Assembly (NCBI RefSeq): GCF_009914755.1
Contig: NC_060932.1
From: the human T2T-CHM13v2.0 reference genome, Homo sapiens
DNA: 64,000 nucleotides
Direction: 5' to 3' (one strand)
The translations under genes were made by a program, and so were the position numbers. Below the pieces are notes generated by a model. That model was not told the DNA's origin, made no database searches, and saw only the letters and a program-made list of their open reading frames with translations. This document shows positions 51,401-64,000 of this stretch, in pieces (positions within the stretch are counted from its first letter, which is position 1; every line of letters begins with the position of its first letter).

Positions 51401-51589
51401 GGCCTAGTGCAGTGGCCAACACCTATAATCCCAGCACTTTGAGAGGTTGAGGTGAGTGGATCGCTTGAGTCCAGGAGTTCAAGAGGAACTCGGGCTTCAA
51501 TGAGCTGTGATTGCATCACTGTACTCCAGCCTGGATGACAGAGTAAGATCTAGTCTCCAAAAAAAAAAAGAAAAAAAAAAAAGAAGAAG
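51401..51589 (+). mobile_element. Monomeric Alu (FRAM-like, or an AluJ collapsed between arms)
   Basis: ~160-bp single arm plus A-tail. TSD-like AAAA(A/T)GTA(C/T)ATTTA at 51387-51400 and 51590-51603. Confidence 0.85.
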
Positions 51590-51885
51590 AAAATGTATAT
51601 TTACACTTGATAGAAGTAAAATATGACTTTTTTCTAAACTCTCACTTAAGCCCATAATTTGAGTCATTGCCCTGGTTAATTATGGTCTCCACCATATTCT
51701 TTTAGTGGAAAAGAGAGAAGTCAAAGAGGGTGGAGACCGTTGCCTGAATCTGGGTGGTGGGGGCAGAGACTTGAGACCAAATTGTTCTCACACCTCAGCT
51801 GGGAGCTAATTTATTTCTTCCCCTGAAATTCAGGCTCTAATCTCAGAGCAGCAATTGTTTTGCAGACGTAATAGCTTGCCAGGAT

Positions 51886-52061
51886 GTCTTTCTCTTCTTT
51901 TTCTTTCCCCTTCTCTCTCTCTTCCCCTCCCATGCCCTCCCCTTCCATCCCTTCCCCTCGAGTCAGTCATCCCCTCCCCTCCCCTTCCCTCTCTGTGCCC
52001 TCCCCTCCCCTCCCCTGTCTTCTCTTCTCCTTTCCTTTTCTTTCCTTTCCTTTCCTTTTCC
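51886..52061. repeat. Polypyrimidine low-complexity tract (CCCCT/TTTCC)
   Basis: Visible C/T-rich pentamer-like repeats. Confidence 0.85.
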
Positions 52062-52594
52062 TATTCTAATCTTACATATGCAGATTAAGCAATGAAAAGA
52101 GTAAAATCTCAGTTCAGACTGCCTCTCATCACTGGGTCATATGCCCAAACCACATCACACCCAGACTCTCACTTTTAGCTGAGAAAAAACAAATAAAAAA
52201 CAAACAACCAAAAAAAGCCCTTAGCTTAAGATAGCAGTTTGTTGCCCAAAATCAACAACTTGTTTGCAAGAATTGTATACCCATATGTGTAACCATTAAA
52301 AATAATTTTGTTGTAATTAAAATAAGTTTACTCATTAAGCATAAGGCAAAATATTTGTTAATTTATACAACTCTTTATAACACTTTATGAAAAATAGTTA
52401 TAAAGCACCTTGAAAATGCAATACTTATAACTATTTACAACATTTGAATGTAAATATGAATATCAACACAATATAGTAACTTATTATTCTGGATGATGGA
52501 TTTGGGACAAGTTTCTACCTCCTTCCTCAAACCTATTTAATAGATAAAGGGAAAATCAAATACATCATTGTTCAATGTGCACTCTCAATAGAAT

Positions 52595-52775
52595 AACACC
52601 TAATATTTATAAGTTCTCACTATATACCAGGCACTGTGCTAAATAATTCACATGCATTATCTCATTTACTCTTTCAACACACTTATTAGCTAGTTTTCAT
52701 TACTTTCTCTATGTCTACATGATAACACTGAGAATCAGAAGGTTATCTAAAGTGTTTAAGATAACATACTGGAAA
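52595..52775 (-). mobile_element. MIR SINE
   Basis: ACTATATACCAGGCACTGTGCTAAA..CATGCATTATCTCATTTA...AACACTGAGAATCAGAAGGTTA. Confidence 0.8.
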
Positions 52776-53713
52776 TTTTAATTTAAGAAAATTGCCATCT
52801 AAACTAAATCCAAACCTTTTTGTCTATAGTTCTTTTTAACTGATTTCATTATAAATATATTCATTTGACTTTAGGTTGAATATGGCAGAACAATCAATAG
52901 ATTATAAACAAGCCAAAAACAATTTATAAATATGTATCTCTAACATAATTACAGATTGAATGTAGGTGCCTATGTTTCATTTCCAAATATTTTTTTCAGA
53001 ACATTCCCAAAAAGAAAAGAAAAACAAAACTATAAGAATATTTTAAAAGAAAATATGTGTTCAGAAGAATTTTCTTAATGTAAAGATGTCATAAAAGCAA
53101 GGGAAAACTTTCAAATTTAAAGTATTTTCTTCAGTACAAAATTTCTAACACAAAGAACTCAGAAAGGCACGTGTGGTCCCAGAGAACTATAACCTCAGAG
53201 ACAAAGGATCCTAGGTTAGTGATGAAGATCTTTTCATTATATTAACTATCAGTGTAATGGCTGGAAAAACTGAGTTCGGATATATTGATGGGATAAGTAA
53301 ACTTTTTGAGCACCAACCAGTAGCAAAGTTATTTGTTCCCAGGACAGAACAGAAAATGCTAACTTCTAATTGGGAGAGTTAGGGAAGGGTCCTGAGTAAC
53401 TGATGGCAACAATGGAAGGAGAGAGACACTTGTAAGTCAAAAGGGAGCATGTTTCGTATTTGTATTCCCAGAATGTCCCAGTTTCCCATAGACACAATGA
53501 AGGCAAATTATAGAAAACAAAGAAAAAATGAACCCAGAGGCAATCAGAGAATCTCAAGTATTTAGGTAAGTACAAAATCACATATAAGGAAATGTTTGAG
53601 AAAAGCCAAAGTCTCGACAGAGAATGCCAAATTTCTCGAAGAAAATAATAGATATATTACTGGAGAATAATTACAATAGTCAGATAAACAGATAGGCAAA
53701 TTGGTGATGAGGG

Positions 53714-53737
53714 AGATAGACGAATAGATAGATGATT

Positions 53738-53776
<39 letters not shown>
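53714..53776. repeat. (GATA)n tetranucleotide STR
   Basis: Perfect (GATA)9GAT at 53738-53776 plus degenerate units upstream. Confidence 0.95.
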
Positions 53777-54079
53777 GAAAACTGGATAACTAGAAATTGT
53801 CACACAATTTAGCACAAGTGGGCAAAAATTTGAAATGTTTGAACATGGACATAAAGGTCCATAAAGATGAGATCCAGATTTTCAAAAATCTGTCTATTAA
53901 TGTATCCAGAAACAAAGATCTGATCAAAATGAAAGCATAGTTAGAGAAATATTCTCAGAGCTAAAGCAAAGCAGGAGTCTCTCTTCAGTTTGGTTAAATA
54001 ATAAAAAAGTTTGTGAAAATAGCAGAGAGAGAGAGAGAGAATATAATATAAGAGAGCTTGTATGAGTAAGCATGCATAT

Positions 54080-54506
54080 CAATATTTAGGGACTAAAAAT
54101 AACAACCATTTATTTAGCTCTCAATTTTTCAATTCTGGGGGTCAGCATTTTGGGCTGGACTAAGCTGTGTGGTTCCAATCTTGGTTCAGCTCACTCATGT
54201 ATTTGGAGTCAGCTACTGGGTGGGCTGAGGACTAGCTGGTCTAAAATACAACAGCAGAAGCAGCTGATTTGGGGCTTCATGTGGTCTCTCATCCTCTGTG
54301 AGCTACCCTAAATTTGCTCACATGATAATCATGGCATGGATACCACAAGTAAGAACACATTTCTAACTCACACAGGCTTAGAAACTCACACACAATTGAC
54401 TTCTCTGGTAAGTCACTGGGTCAGTGCAAATTCAAGTTTTGGAACAATAGACTCCACTGAGAAGAAGAGTTGCAAAGAATTGCAGCCATCTTTGCAATCT
54501 ATCATA
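54080..54506 (-). mobile_element. MLT1H-like MaLR LTR
   Basis: AACAACCATTTATTTAGCTC..GGGTCAGCATTTTGGGCTGG...CATGTGGTCTCTCATCCTC...GCCATCTTTGCAATCTATCATA. Confidence 0.75.
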
Positions 54507-54942
54507 GAATCTAGGCACAGAGACCTTAGTTTAAAACAGCAGAAGGAAAAATAAATGCATCAACTTTATTGTTATTGATAAGTTCCCGTATTTAAGATAC
54601 ATTTTCCTTCATTTTGAAATTTTGCATTATATTAACAGAAAACTTTTGGTTAGAATATGTTTAAAAAAAATAATCTGAATATAAATGACCCAGAAAAATT
54701 TAAAGGATGTGTAAGAATATAATAAAGAAATAGCAAACAAATGAAAAATCTAAGGTATCATTATATTCTAAAAACTAAATTAAAATGATAAAAGTAACAA
54801 AGCATAATTATATGTGAATCGTAGATTAAATATATGGTTATATTTGATATTTCTGTACAATGTAATATAAGGTTTTAGCATAAAACTATTTTGGTCTAAA
54901 ATATATGGAAAAAACATACATATAATGAAACTTCTAAAACAC

Positions 54943-55522
54943 TTTTTTAAACCTTTATTTTAAGTTCAGGGGTATATGTGCAGGCTTGTTATTTTATTTT
55001 ATTTTATTTTATTTTTTTACTGTTGAATCCATACTAGAATATTAATGGGAATCTTATTTTTTTTTCCTTTCCAACTTACTTTAGGTTCAGGGGGTAGATG
55101 TGCAGGTTTGTTATACAGGTAAATTGCATGTTACAGGGGTTTGGTTTACAGATTATTTCACCTTCCAGGTAATAATCATAGTACCCTATAAGGTAGTTTT
55201 TCCATCCTTACTTCCCTCCCTCCCTCCACCTTCAAGTAGGCCCCCGTGTTTCTTGCTTCCTTCTCTGAGGCCATATGTACTCAGTGTTCAGCTCCCACTT
55301 CTAAGTGAGAACCTGTGGCATTTGGTTTTCTGTTAACTTAGGATAATGGCCTCCAGCTCCATCCATATTGCTGCAAAGGACATCATTAGCTCATTTCTAT
55401 GGCTGCATAGTATTCCATGGTGTATATGTACCACATTTTCTTTATCGAGTCTATTGTTGATGGGCATTTAGGTAGATTCTAAGTCTTTGTTATTGTAAAT
55501 AGTGATGCAATGAACATATGCA
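54943..55522 (-). mobile_element. Composite L1PA insertion: two L1 3' ends in tandem (54943-54990 and 55057-55522)
   Basis: TTTAAGTTCAGGGGTATATGTGCAGG and TTTAGGTTCAGGGGGTAGATGTGCAGG both present. Outer TSD TAAAACAC(T/A)TTTTT at 54935 and 55523. Confidence 0.85.
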
Positions 55523-55559
55523 TAAAACACATTTTTCATTGTAACTATAAATAAGCTCA

Positions 55560-56080
55560 CATAAATTTGAAGATAACAATTTGAAATATATGCTTCATAT
55601 ATACACACGATGGGAATCTCACAAATATAAAATGCACACATTGTTAGTTATGGCAAATTTTAAACATTGGTCATACATGTGTCCACAAAAAAAAATCTTA
55701 ATAAAGTAAAACTGCAAAATTTGTTCAGGCCAAGTTCTTCTACACCAAAACAATATAACTAAGAATGAAGAGCAAATTGTCAGATAAAGAACAAAACACT
55801 TTTCTTTAAATAGTGAGCAAAAGAGAAATATAAAAACGTCAAATATTATAAATATTACTGTATTCTTACAAAATATTACTAAATTATATAAAATAGAATA
55901 TAAAATATTTGATAATTTATAGAACTTCAAATTACAATGAATAAAAATAACAGATATAAAAAAGACAAGTGATAAAAATGTATTCAAAGTAAACTTCACA
56001 CACTTAAATGTTTGCTTCAAAGAAACTCACACTCAATTTTTTTAATGGTCAGAGACTGATAGTACTCCATATATTTATTT
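55560..56080 (+). mobile_element. Ancient L1M ORF2 (endonuclease/linker) debris
   Basis: A-rich sequence resembling the ORF2 N-terminus (ATTGGTCATAC.., CTTAATAAA, ATTACAATGAATAAAAAT). Confidence 0.45.
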
Positions 56081-56098
56081 TAAAAATTAAACCAACCA

Positions 56099-56445
<347 letters not shown>

Positions 56446-56891
56446 TTAAGAAGAGTACTGTATACAGTCCTCAAGAATATCCACACATGATAGCCCAAAA
56501 AAAAACCCCACGATTAAAAATCAAAGCAAAAAATATTTCAACAATGCAAAATTCAATTAAAATCTAACATTTTTTCTTAAAGTTTTAGACGAAGTATTGT
56601 ATTCAATAAACACACAGGTAAGTGACAAGGCATCAATCAGAGTGGAGCTAAGGGACAAAACCAGTAAACATGACCTCAACCATCATGGAGTAAAGAAAGA
56701 AAAATTTATTCCAGCCATAAAGTAATGTGACAGACATAACTGAATGTTATATTACTGGTAATAGTGATAGTAGTAGTTGTAGTGGTGATGATAGTGATGG
56801 AAATAGTAAACTTGAAAATAGAAAAGTGGTTTTTTGATAAATCTGTACTTGCTGAAATTGATGTGGTAATTAGGGTTGATAGTTCTGGATT

Positions 56892-58520
56892 CTTCTTTTT
56901 TTTTTTTTTAAGTTTACTCCCAACTTCTATAGTATCCGTTTATTTTTTATTTTTATTTTTTTAATTTTCTTTTTCCATAAGTTATTGAGGTACAGGTTAC
57001 ATGAATAAGTTCTTCAGTGGAGATTTGTGAGATCCTGGTGCACCCATCACCCAAGCAGTATACACTGCACCATAAATGTTGTCTTTTATTCCTCGCCCAC
57101 TTCCCACTCTTCTCCCCAGGTCCCCAAAGTCTGCTGTGTCATTCTTATGCCTTTGCATGCTCATAGCTTAGCTCCCACATATCAGTGAGAACATATGATG
57201 TTTGGTTTTCCATTCCTGAGTTATTTCACTTAGAATAATAGTCTCTAATCTCATCCAGGTCATTGCAAATGCTGTTAATTCATTCCTTTTTAGGGCTGAG
57301 TAGTATTCTGTCATATATATATACCACAGTTTCTTTATCCACTCACTGATTGATGGGCATTTGGGTTGGTCCCACAATTTTGCTATTGTGCATTGTGCTA
57401 CTATAAACATGTGTGTGCAAGTATCTTTTTTGAGTAATGATTTCTTTTCCTCTGGGTAGATATTCAGTAGTGAGATTGCCGAATAAAATGGTAGTTCCAC
57501 TTTTAGTTCTTTAAGGAATCTCCACACTGTTTTCCATAGCAGCTGTACTAGTTTACATCCCACCAGCAGTGTAGAAGTCTTGCCTGATCTTAACATCCAC
57601 GCCAACATCTGCTGTTTGCTGGTTCTTTGATTATGGACGTTCTTGCAGGAGTAAGGTGGTATCGCATTGTGGTTTTGATTTGCATCTCCCTGATAATGCT
57701 GAGGCTTTTTTTATGTTTGTTGGCCATTTGTAGATCTTCTTTTGAGAATTGTCTATTCATGTCCTTAGCCCACTTTTTGATGGGATTGATTGTTTTTTCT
57801 TACTGATTTGTTTGAGTTTGTTGTAGATTCTGGATATTCGTCCTTGGTCAGATGTATAGATTGTGAAGATTTTCGCCCACTCTGTGGGTTGTCTGTATAC
57901 TCTGCTGACTGTTCCTTTTGCTGTACAAAAACTCTTTAGTTTAATTAGGTCCCAGCTATTTATCTTTGTTTTTTTGTTGGAATTGCTTTTGGGTTTTTCA
58001 TCATGAAATCCTTGCCTAAGCCAATGTCTAGAAGGGTTTTTTCCAATGTTATCTTCTAGAATTTTATAGTTTCAGGTTGTAGATTTAAGTCCTTAATCCA
58101 TCTTGAGTTGACTTTTGTATAAGGTGAGAATGAGTATCCAGTTTTATTGTCCTACATGTGGCTTGCCAATTATCCCAGCACCATTTGTTGAAAAGGGAGT
58201 CCTTTCCCCACTTTATGTTTTTGTTTGCTTTGTCAAAGATCAGTTGGCTGTAAGTATTTGGGTTTACTTTGGGGTTCTCTATTCTGTTCCATTGGTCTAT
58301 GTGACTATTTTTTTACCAGTACTATGCTGTTTTGGTGACTATGGCTTTAGAATATATTTTGAAATCAGGTAGTGTGATGACTCCAGATTTGTTCTTTCTG
58401 CTTAGTCTTGCTTTGGCTATGCAGGCTCTTTTTTTGCTTCTATATTGATTTTAGAATTTTTTTTTCTAATTCTAGTATTTTGACAGGCATTACATTGAAT
58501 TTATAGATTACTTTTGGCAA
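56892..58520 (-). mobile_element. L1PB-like 3' portion (non-inverted part of an inverted L1)
   Basis: Poly(T), then L1PB 3'UTR (TTTCCATAAGTTATTGAGGTACAGG, AGTGGAGATTTGTGAGA). The minus-strand ORF matches the ORF2 C-terminus ([23 protein letters not shown]). Confidence 0.93.
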
Positions 58521-58523
58521 TAT

Positions 58524-59450
58524 TCAACACAATAATAGTGGGAAACTTCAATACTCCCCTGACAGCACTAGACAGGCCATCAAGACAGAAAGTCAGCAAA
58601 GAAACAACAGATTTAAACTATACCTCGGAACAAAAGGACTTTACAGATAGAAGTAGATCATTTCATCCAACAATCGCAGAATATACATTCTATTCAAAAG
58701 CACATGGAACTTTCTCCAAGATAGACCATGTGATAGGCCATAAAATGAGCCTCAATAAATTTAAGAAAATTGAAATTATATCAAAGCACCCTCTCAGACC
58801 ACAGTGGAATAAAGCTGGAAATCAACGTCAAAAGGAACACTCAAAACCTTGCAAATACATGGATATTAAATAACCTGCTCTTGAATAAACATTTGGTCAA
58901 GAACAAAATCAAGATGCAAATTAAAAAATTATTCGAACTGAATGACCATAATGACTCAACCTATCAAAACCTCTGGGATACAGCTGAGGTGGTGCTAGGA
59001 GCAAAGTTCATAGCCCTAAAAGCCTGAATCAAAATGTCTGAAAGTGCACAAACAGTTAATCTAATGTCACACTTCAAGGAAATAGAGAAACAAGAACAAA
59101 CCAAACCCAAACCCAGCAAAGTAAAAGAAATAACCAAGATCAGAGCTGAACTAAATGAAATTGAAACAACAAAAACCAGTATAGATTACTTTTGGCAATA
59201 TTCAAAATGAATATTCAAAAGATAAATGAACCAAAAAGTTGTTTTTTTGCAAAGATAAATAATACTGATAGACCATTAGCAACATTACCAAGAAAAAAAG
59301 AGAGAAAATCCAAATAACCTCACTGAGAAATGAAACAAGAGATACTACAACTGACACCACTAAAACACAAAAGATCATTAAGGATACTAGGAACACCTTT
59401 ATGTATATAAACTAGAAAACCTAGAAGAGATAGATAAATTCCTGGGAAAA
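58524..59450 (+). mobile_element. Inverted segment of the same L1 (ORF2 endonuclease/linker)
   Basis: ORFs read TIIVGNFNTPLTALDR, HGTFSKIDHVIGHK and SDHSGIKLEIN. TSD GATAGTTCTGGAT at 56878-56890 and 59457-59469 encloses both parts. Confidence 0.93.
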
Positions 59451-59679
59451 TTCTTGGATAGTTCTGGATCTTTACCACACAATATCTATGAACAAAATAT
59501 GCTTATAACTTGAAAGAACCTTTAATGTAATTGTATGGGAAAAACTTGGCCTGTAAATGATGTGACATCTCTAAAATCACCTAATATTTAACATGTATAG
59601 GTCAACAACTAATATTTTCACAGTAAAGCTTCATCTATTTGGCATAAGTTTGTAGCATGACTTTCAAACTACTTGATTA

Positions 59680-60006
<327 letters not shown>

Positions 60007-62304
60007 TCAGTGTAAAATAATTTCTGTTTGTTGCTTTGTTTTTATAGTGTTACACAGATACAAATGGTTACCTTTTATCCTCACACAAATTTGATGCACA
60101 TTTTTCAATTTAATAGGCATTTAAGAGTCTTAGTAATATTTCATAAGATTATTTGACATTAAAGTCAATAATATAATCATTATTGAATGATTTAAAAATA
60201 AAATGTATTGCATTAAGGAAAAATTACATGGACTTATATATGAGATTTATTTTGTTTTATAGCCATAAATATATTACAGTGAAACCCAATAGTATAGTAT
60301 ACAATTCACCCAAAATTTAAAAACATCGTAAGAATCTTCCCTTTTTATCAATTGTGTTAAAATAGAAGATAAACATCTTTTCTACTTCTTCTTTCATTGT
60401 CATTTGCTATCTGCCCGCTTTCCTGGTATTTCTTGCAGACTCAGTATTGTCTGCGAGACAATATGATAAATATGATTTATCAATATGATAAATTGGTGCT
60501 TTCACTTAGAGCATCTCCTTTGCCCTCTAAATCCCCAATCTATCTACAACTGCCTGTGACTCCTGACTACATGACTTTCTGGGATATTCTGTCAGCACTA
60601 TTCATCTAGGCTGAAGAAGGAGACAGGTTTGCTACTTCAAAATTTGTGAGCATATAAAAGATCCATGTTTTTTAGCAGTATCCTTTTCTTTGTATTTTTC
60701 AGTTACTTCCTTTCATTTTGCTGACTATATTTTGTTTATAGGGCTTTTAATTTTAATTAATATTTTTATTTTATGTTCTAATTTCTCAATAATGCAGCAC
60801 AGCAGTGTATCTTAGTGATATTATGCGGGCAATGACATTTTCTGGGGCAAATAGGTCAACATGAAAATACAAAGATGTTAATTAGTTGATTTGTTTATTT
60901 AACTGCAGAACACATGCAGTGACTCTTGTGTAATTAAGAAAAAAATTACGAATATAACTTTTTTAGAAAATTAAATAGAAAGTCTAATGTGTAAATATTA
61001 TTGATTACTTATTTTTGTTAATAGTTTAATCAAATATTGATGGCTGATATTTCTAAACTGAATGACTTAATCAAACAGAAGGTAATTTGTTTTAAAAAAA
61101 TCTAAGACATTGAGATATTTTATTCTGTTTTATGCACCATTTGACTTGTTCTATGATATAAAACACTGTAGCATTAAAACATATGGACTGTGGCTGGAAA
61201 AAGGTTGGTCAATGAATTAGAAATGCTGTAACTAATTCTTGAGTTTAAAAGTCTTCATTCGAATACTGTCTTTAAAAGATAAAGACTTCAATGCTTACTT
61301 GATGAATAGAAAAAATACAAAAGCTACCTACTGAAAAATTGAATTTTCTTTAGCTACATTATGTCTATGATAAAATTTTCTATACTCTGAAACTGTCGTT
61401 CTTCTTGCCTCTATAGTACATGAAAATATAATTACATTAATATTATAGGAATATTTTCTATATATTTGTGGTAACTTTTTAATGCTTTTGTTGATGGAAT
61501 TTACTATTTTCTCTAGTATGAACACATATTAATCTGATTTGCTGTCATTTCCAAAGAAATTTTAAATTTTTAGTTTATATATTAAACTAAATATATCAAC
61601 AAATAATTAATAATCAACAAATTAACTATTACCATTAATAATCAACAAATAAATATTATTGCTTTAGGAAGAAATTATGCTTAAACCAATGTGCCTCTAA
61701 TGATGTGGCTGTATCCTCTGTTTTCTGTAAAAAAAAAAAAAATAGTTTGGCAAATCTACTTACAAATCTCTAAGGTTTTTATTTGTTTGTTTTTAATCAG
61801 AAGGGACTTTCCTGAATTTGTTAAATATCTGCATTGTCCAGTCTGTTTATGCAAATAGTCAAATACATGAACAATTTTTAAGTACACTGAAAAGATGTGA
61901 ATGGATCCATTGTGTGATTTAGTCAATAATCATCAGCTCTGGCTTAATTAAAGACCCAGAATTATTGTCTATAAAACACAAATTTCACTGAGTATTTGAA
62001 TCTGTATTACTTAGCTAGCAAAAATATATACATTTAACTGAGCACAAAATGCAAAAACGATTCGCAAGCTGAAAACTTGAGAACAACTTTAGAATAATTT
62101 TGGATTTCTCTGATGCCACTCTATATTTCTAAGATATTCATTACCCTCACATTGTATGTATCTAGTTCTCAATAAATAATAACGTTTATATAAAACTACT
62201 TTTTTAAGTTTAAACTGAATATATTTCAAAACTACTCAAAAGTTTTTCTTTTTAAAGAAAACATAATGAGAATAATCTACTTTTGAAATTGACTCAATTT
62301 TTAA

Positions 62305-62471
62305 CATTTTTCATTATTTAAAAAAATTTTTGTGAGTACATAGTAGATACATATATTTATGGGGTATGTGTGTTGTTTTGATACAGGCATAAAATGTAAA
62401 ATAAGCACATCATGGAGAATAAAGTATCCATTCCCTCAAGCATTTATCCTATGGGTTACAAACTATCCAAT
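62305..62471 (-). mobile_element. Short L1MA (about MA1-3) 3' end
   Basis: TTTTTGTGAGTACATAGTAG..TATATTTATGGGGTA..TTTTGATACAGGCAT..CCCTCAAGCATTTATCC. TSD TTGACTCA(A/T)TTTTTAA at 62289-62304 and 62472-62487. Confidence 0.88.
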
Positions 62472-64000
62472 TTGACTCATTTTTTAATGCACCATTAACT
62501 GAATTTCAAATTAAATTGATACTGTAAAAATCTTAAACAGAACTTTTTATTTTTTTCTTTAAAATTAAAGATAAGTAAATACTTTTTAAAGCAGCAATAC
62601 TGATGAAGATTGCTTATTAGTAATATATATATATTTTATTTTTAACAAGTATGTTTGTGGTTAGCTTTCCAAATAATTCATGTTTTCTTTCTCATTGGTA
62701 TGAGAAACATAATTCAAATCAAATTACTACCCTGAGCCTGCTATCTAGAGTGTCTTCTGAATCATTGTTGGTCCTCAGAACATCATTTTTGCTCTTTCAT
62801 GTCTCTATTGAGCATTTTGCCATTAACAATTATAGCCTGCACACCAAGATTCCTCTACCATTTTAAACCTCTGAGGTAACAGAGTGAGATCACTGCTATT
62901 TTTTGCCCCCAAAACACTCAGTAATTTCCCTTATTTTATTATGCCATAAACCAACTTGTTTAGTTGTCCTTATGAAAATATATTTTGTGATTCCTTTACA
63001 CTGAGTCTAAAGAACCAATAAATCTCAAAACTGCTCTCTATGTATAAATGAGCTTTCAAGGCACAACTGGGATTATATTAGTTTTTCTTTTTTTACATTA
63101 AACCACTAACATTATATGTTTTGAAGAGGCTTTTAAACTTGGTCAAGTCATTGAAATTGGTACATATGAATGGAAATGGACATCTAAAAACCACCAGGTC
63201 TTTAAAGCACCAAACTCTTAGGTATACGTGTGCTGGCGACCACATGCTCCTAATTGGAAATTGTTGATGTTTACACTGTTTTCTTCTTCCCACACTGCTG
63301 CTTTGAAGGTAAAAATTATTATATTAAAAAGGGAAACAAATGTAAGACTAAAAAAAAAGGACCTATATAATAGAACAAGTGTCTTCCAGCTATAAAAATT
63401 TAGGCCACCTTTGTAATTATTATATTATAAAGATATTTTAAAGTATTAATCTTGTAAATACATGTGATATTTCTAATCCTCCTATATTTTACGTTTTAAA
63501 TTCATCAGATGATTATTTTTTGACAGTGTATGTTGTCAGTTCTATGTCAAGAATATTCAACTTTGTTAAAGCATCAATTTAAATAGCATTATTCAGATAT
63601 AATCTAACAAAACAAATCCTTGAATTAGATGCTATTATTTTTTCCAATTTGGTACCGGAAAAAAAAACTGCAGCGACGTAAAATTAACAGCTTAACCTCA
63701 AACAGAAAGTACATAGGTGAATCAAGTGGATTTTAGCATAGGCCTTGGCTAGAATCCTGCTGTAATCTCTTGGCTCCTCAGCCTCAGTGGGAGGTGGAAC
63801 AGAATGGAGTCTATTATAGCTTCACTCAGTTCAGATTCCCTTCATCAGAACTTTGACCATAAACCTAGTACCTTTCAGGTATCACCTCTGGAATTTCATA
63901 CGAGAAAGTTAGCATTTACCTGAGCAATGAAGAAAGTGAGTGTCTGTGAGGTTGCTGAGACAATCTTGAAAACCCTGAAGCCATAAATAGAAAGCCCAAT

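Noticed and set aside
55619-56020. 133-aa hydrophobic, membrane-like ORF
   Set aside because: Antisense of A-rich L1 debris; F/I/L richness follows from T-rich codons.
57168-59027. ORFs with clear L1 ORF2 similarity
   Set aside because: Fragments of a truncated, inverted, frameshifted L1; not a functional CDS.

Overview
Primate (human or great-ape-like) AT-rich, repeat-dominated DNA, either intergenic or deep intronic. I found no credible protein-coding exon, RNA gene or CpG island; the listed ORFs I could trace come from repeats, simple sequence or chance. The window holds ancient L1M/L1ME debris, L2/MIR, MER5/MER2 DNA transposons, MaLR LTRs (MLT1, THE1) and several Alus, most with target-site duplications (TSDs). 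It also holds an ~8.2 kb MER4A1 provirus, two decayed ERVL (LTR16-type) proviruses and solo LTRs. A 5'-truncated EEF1A1 processed pseudogene is split by an LTR that itself carries an Alu. An ~0.8 kb rearranged mitochondrial insertion (NUMT) joins CYTB, an inverted CYTB piece and D-loop. I see no evidence for a new multi-gene biological system. The most unusual signals are the scrambled NUMT, an inverted L1 whose inversion junction is copied 680 bp away, an L1/L1 composite inside one TSD pair, a possibly APOBEC-hypermutated LTR and a closely spaced ZNF143-like plus CTCF-like motif pair. Repeat subfamily names are from recalled consensus sequences and need RepeatMasker/Dfam confirmation. Boundaries of old repeats are approximate.
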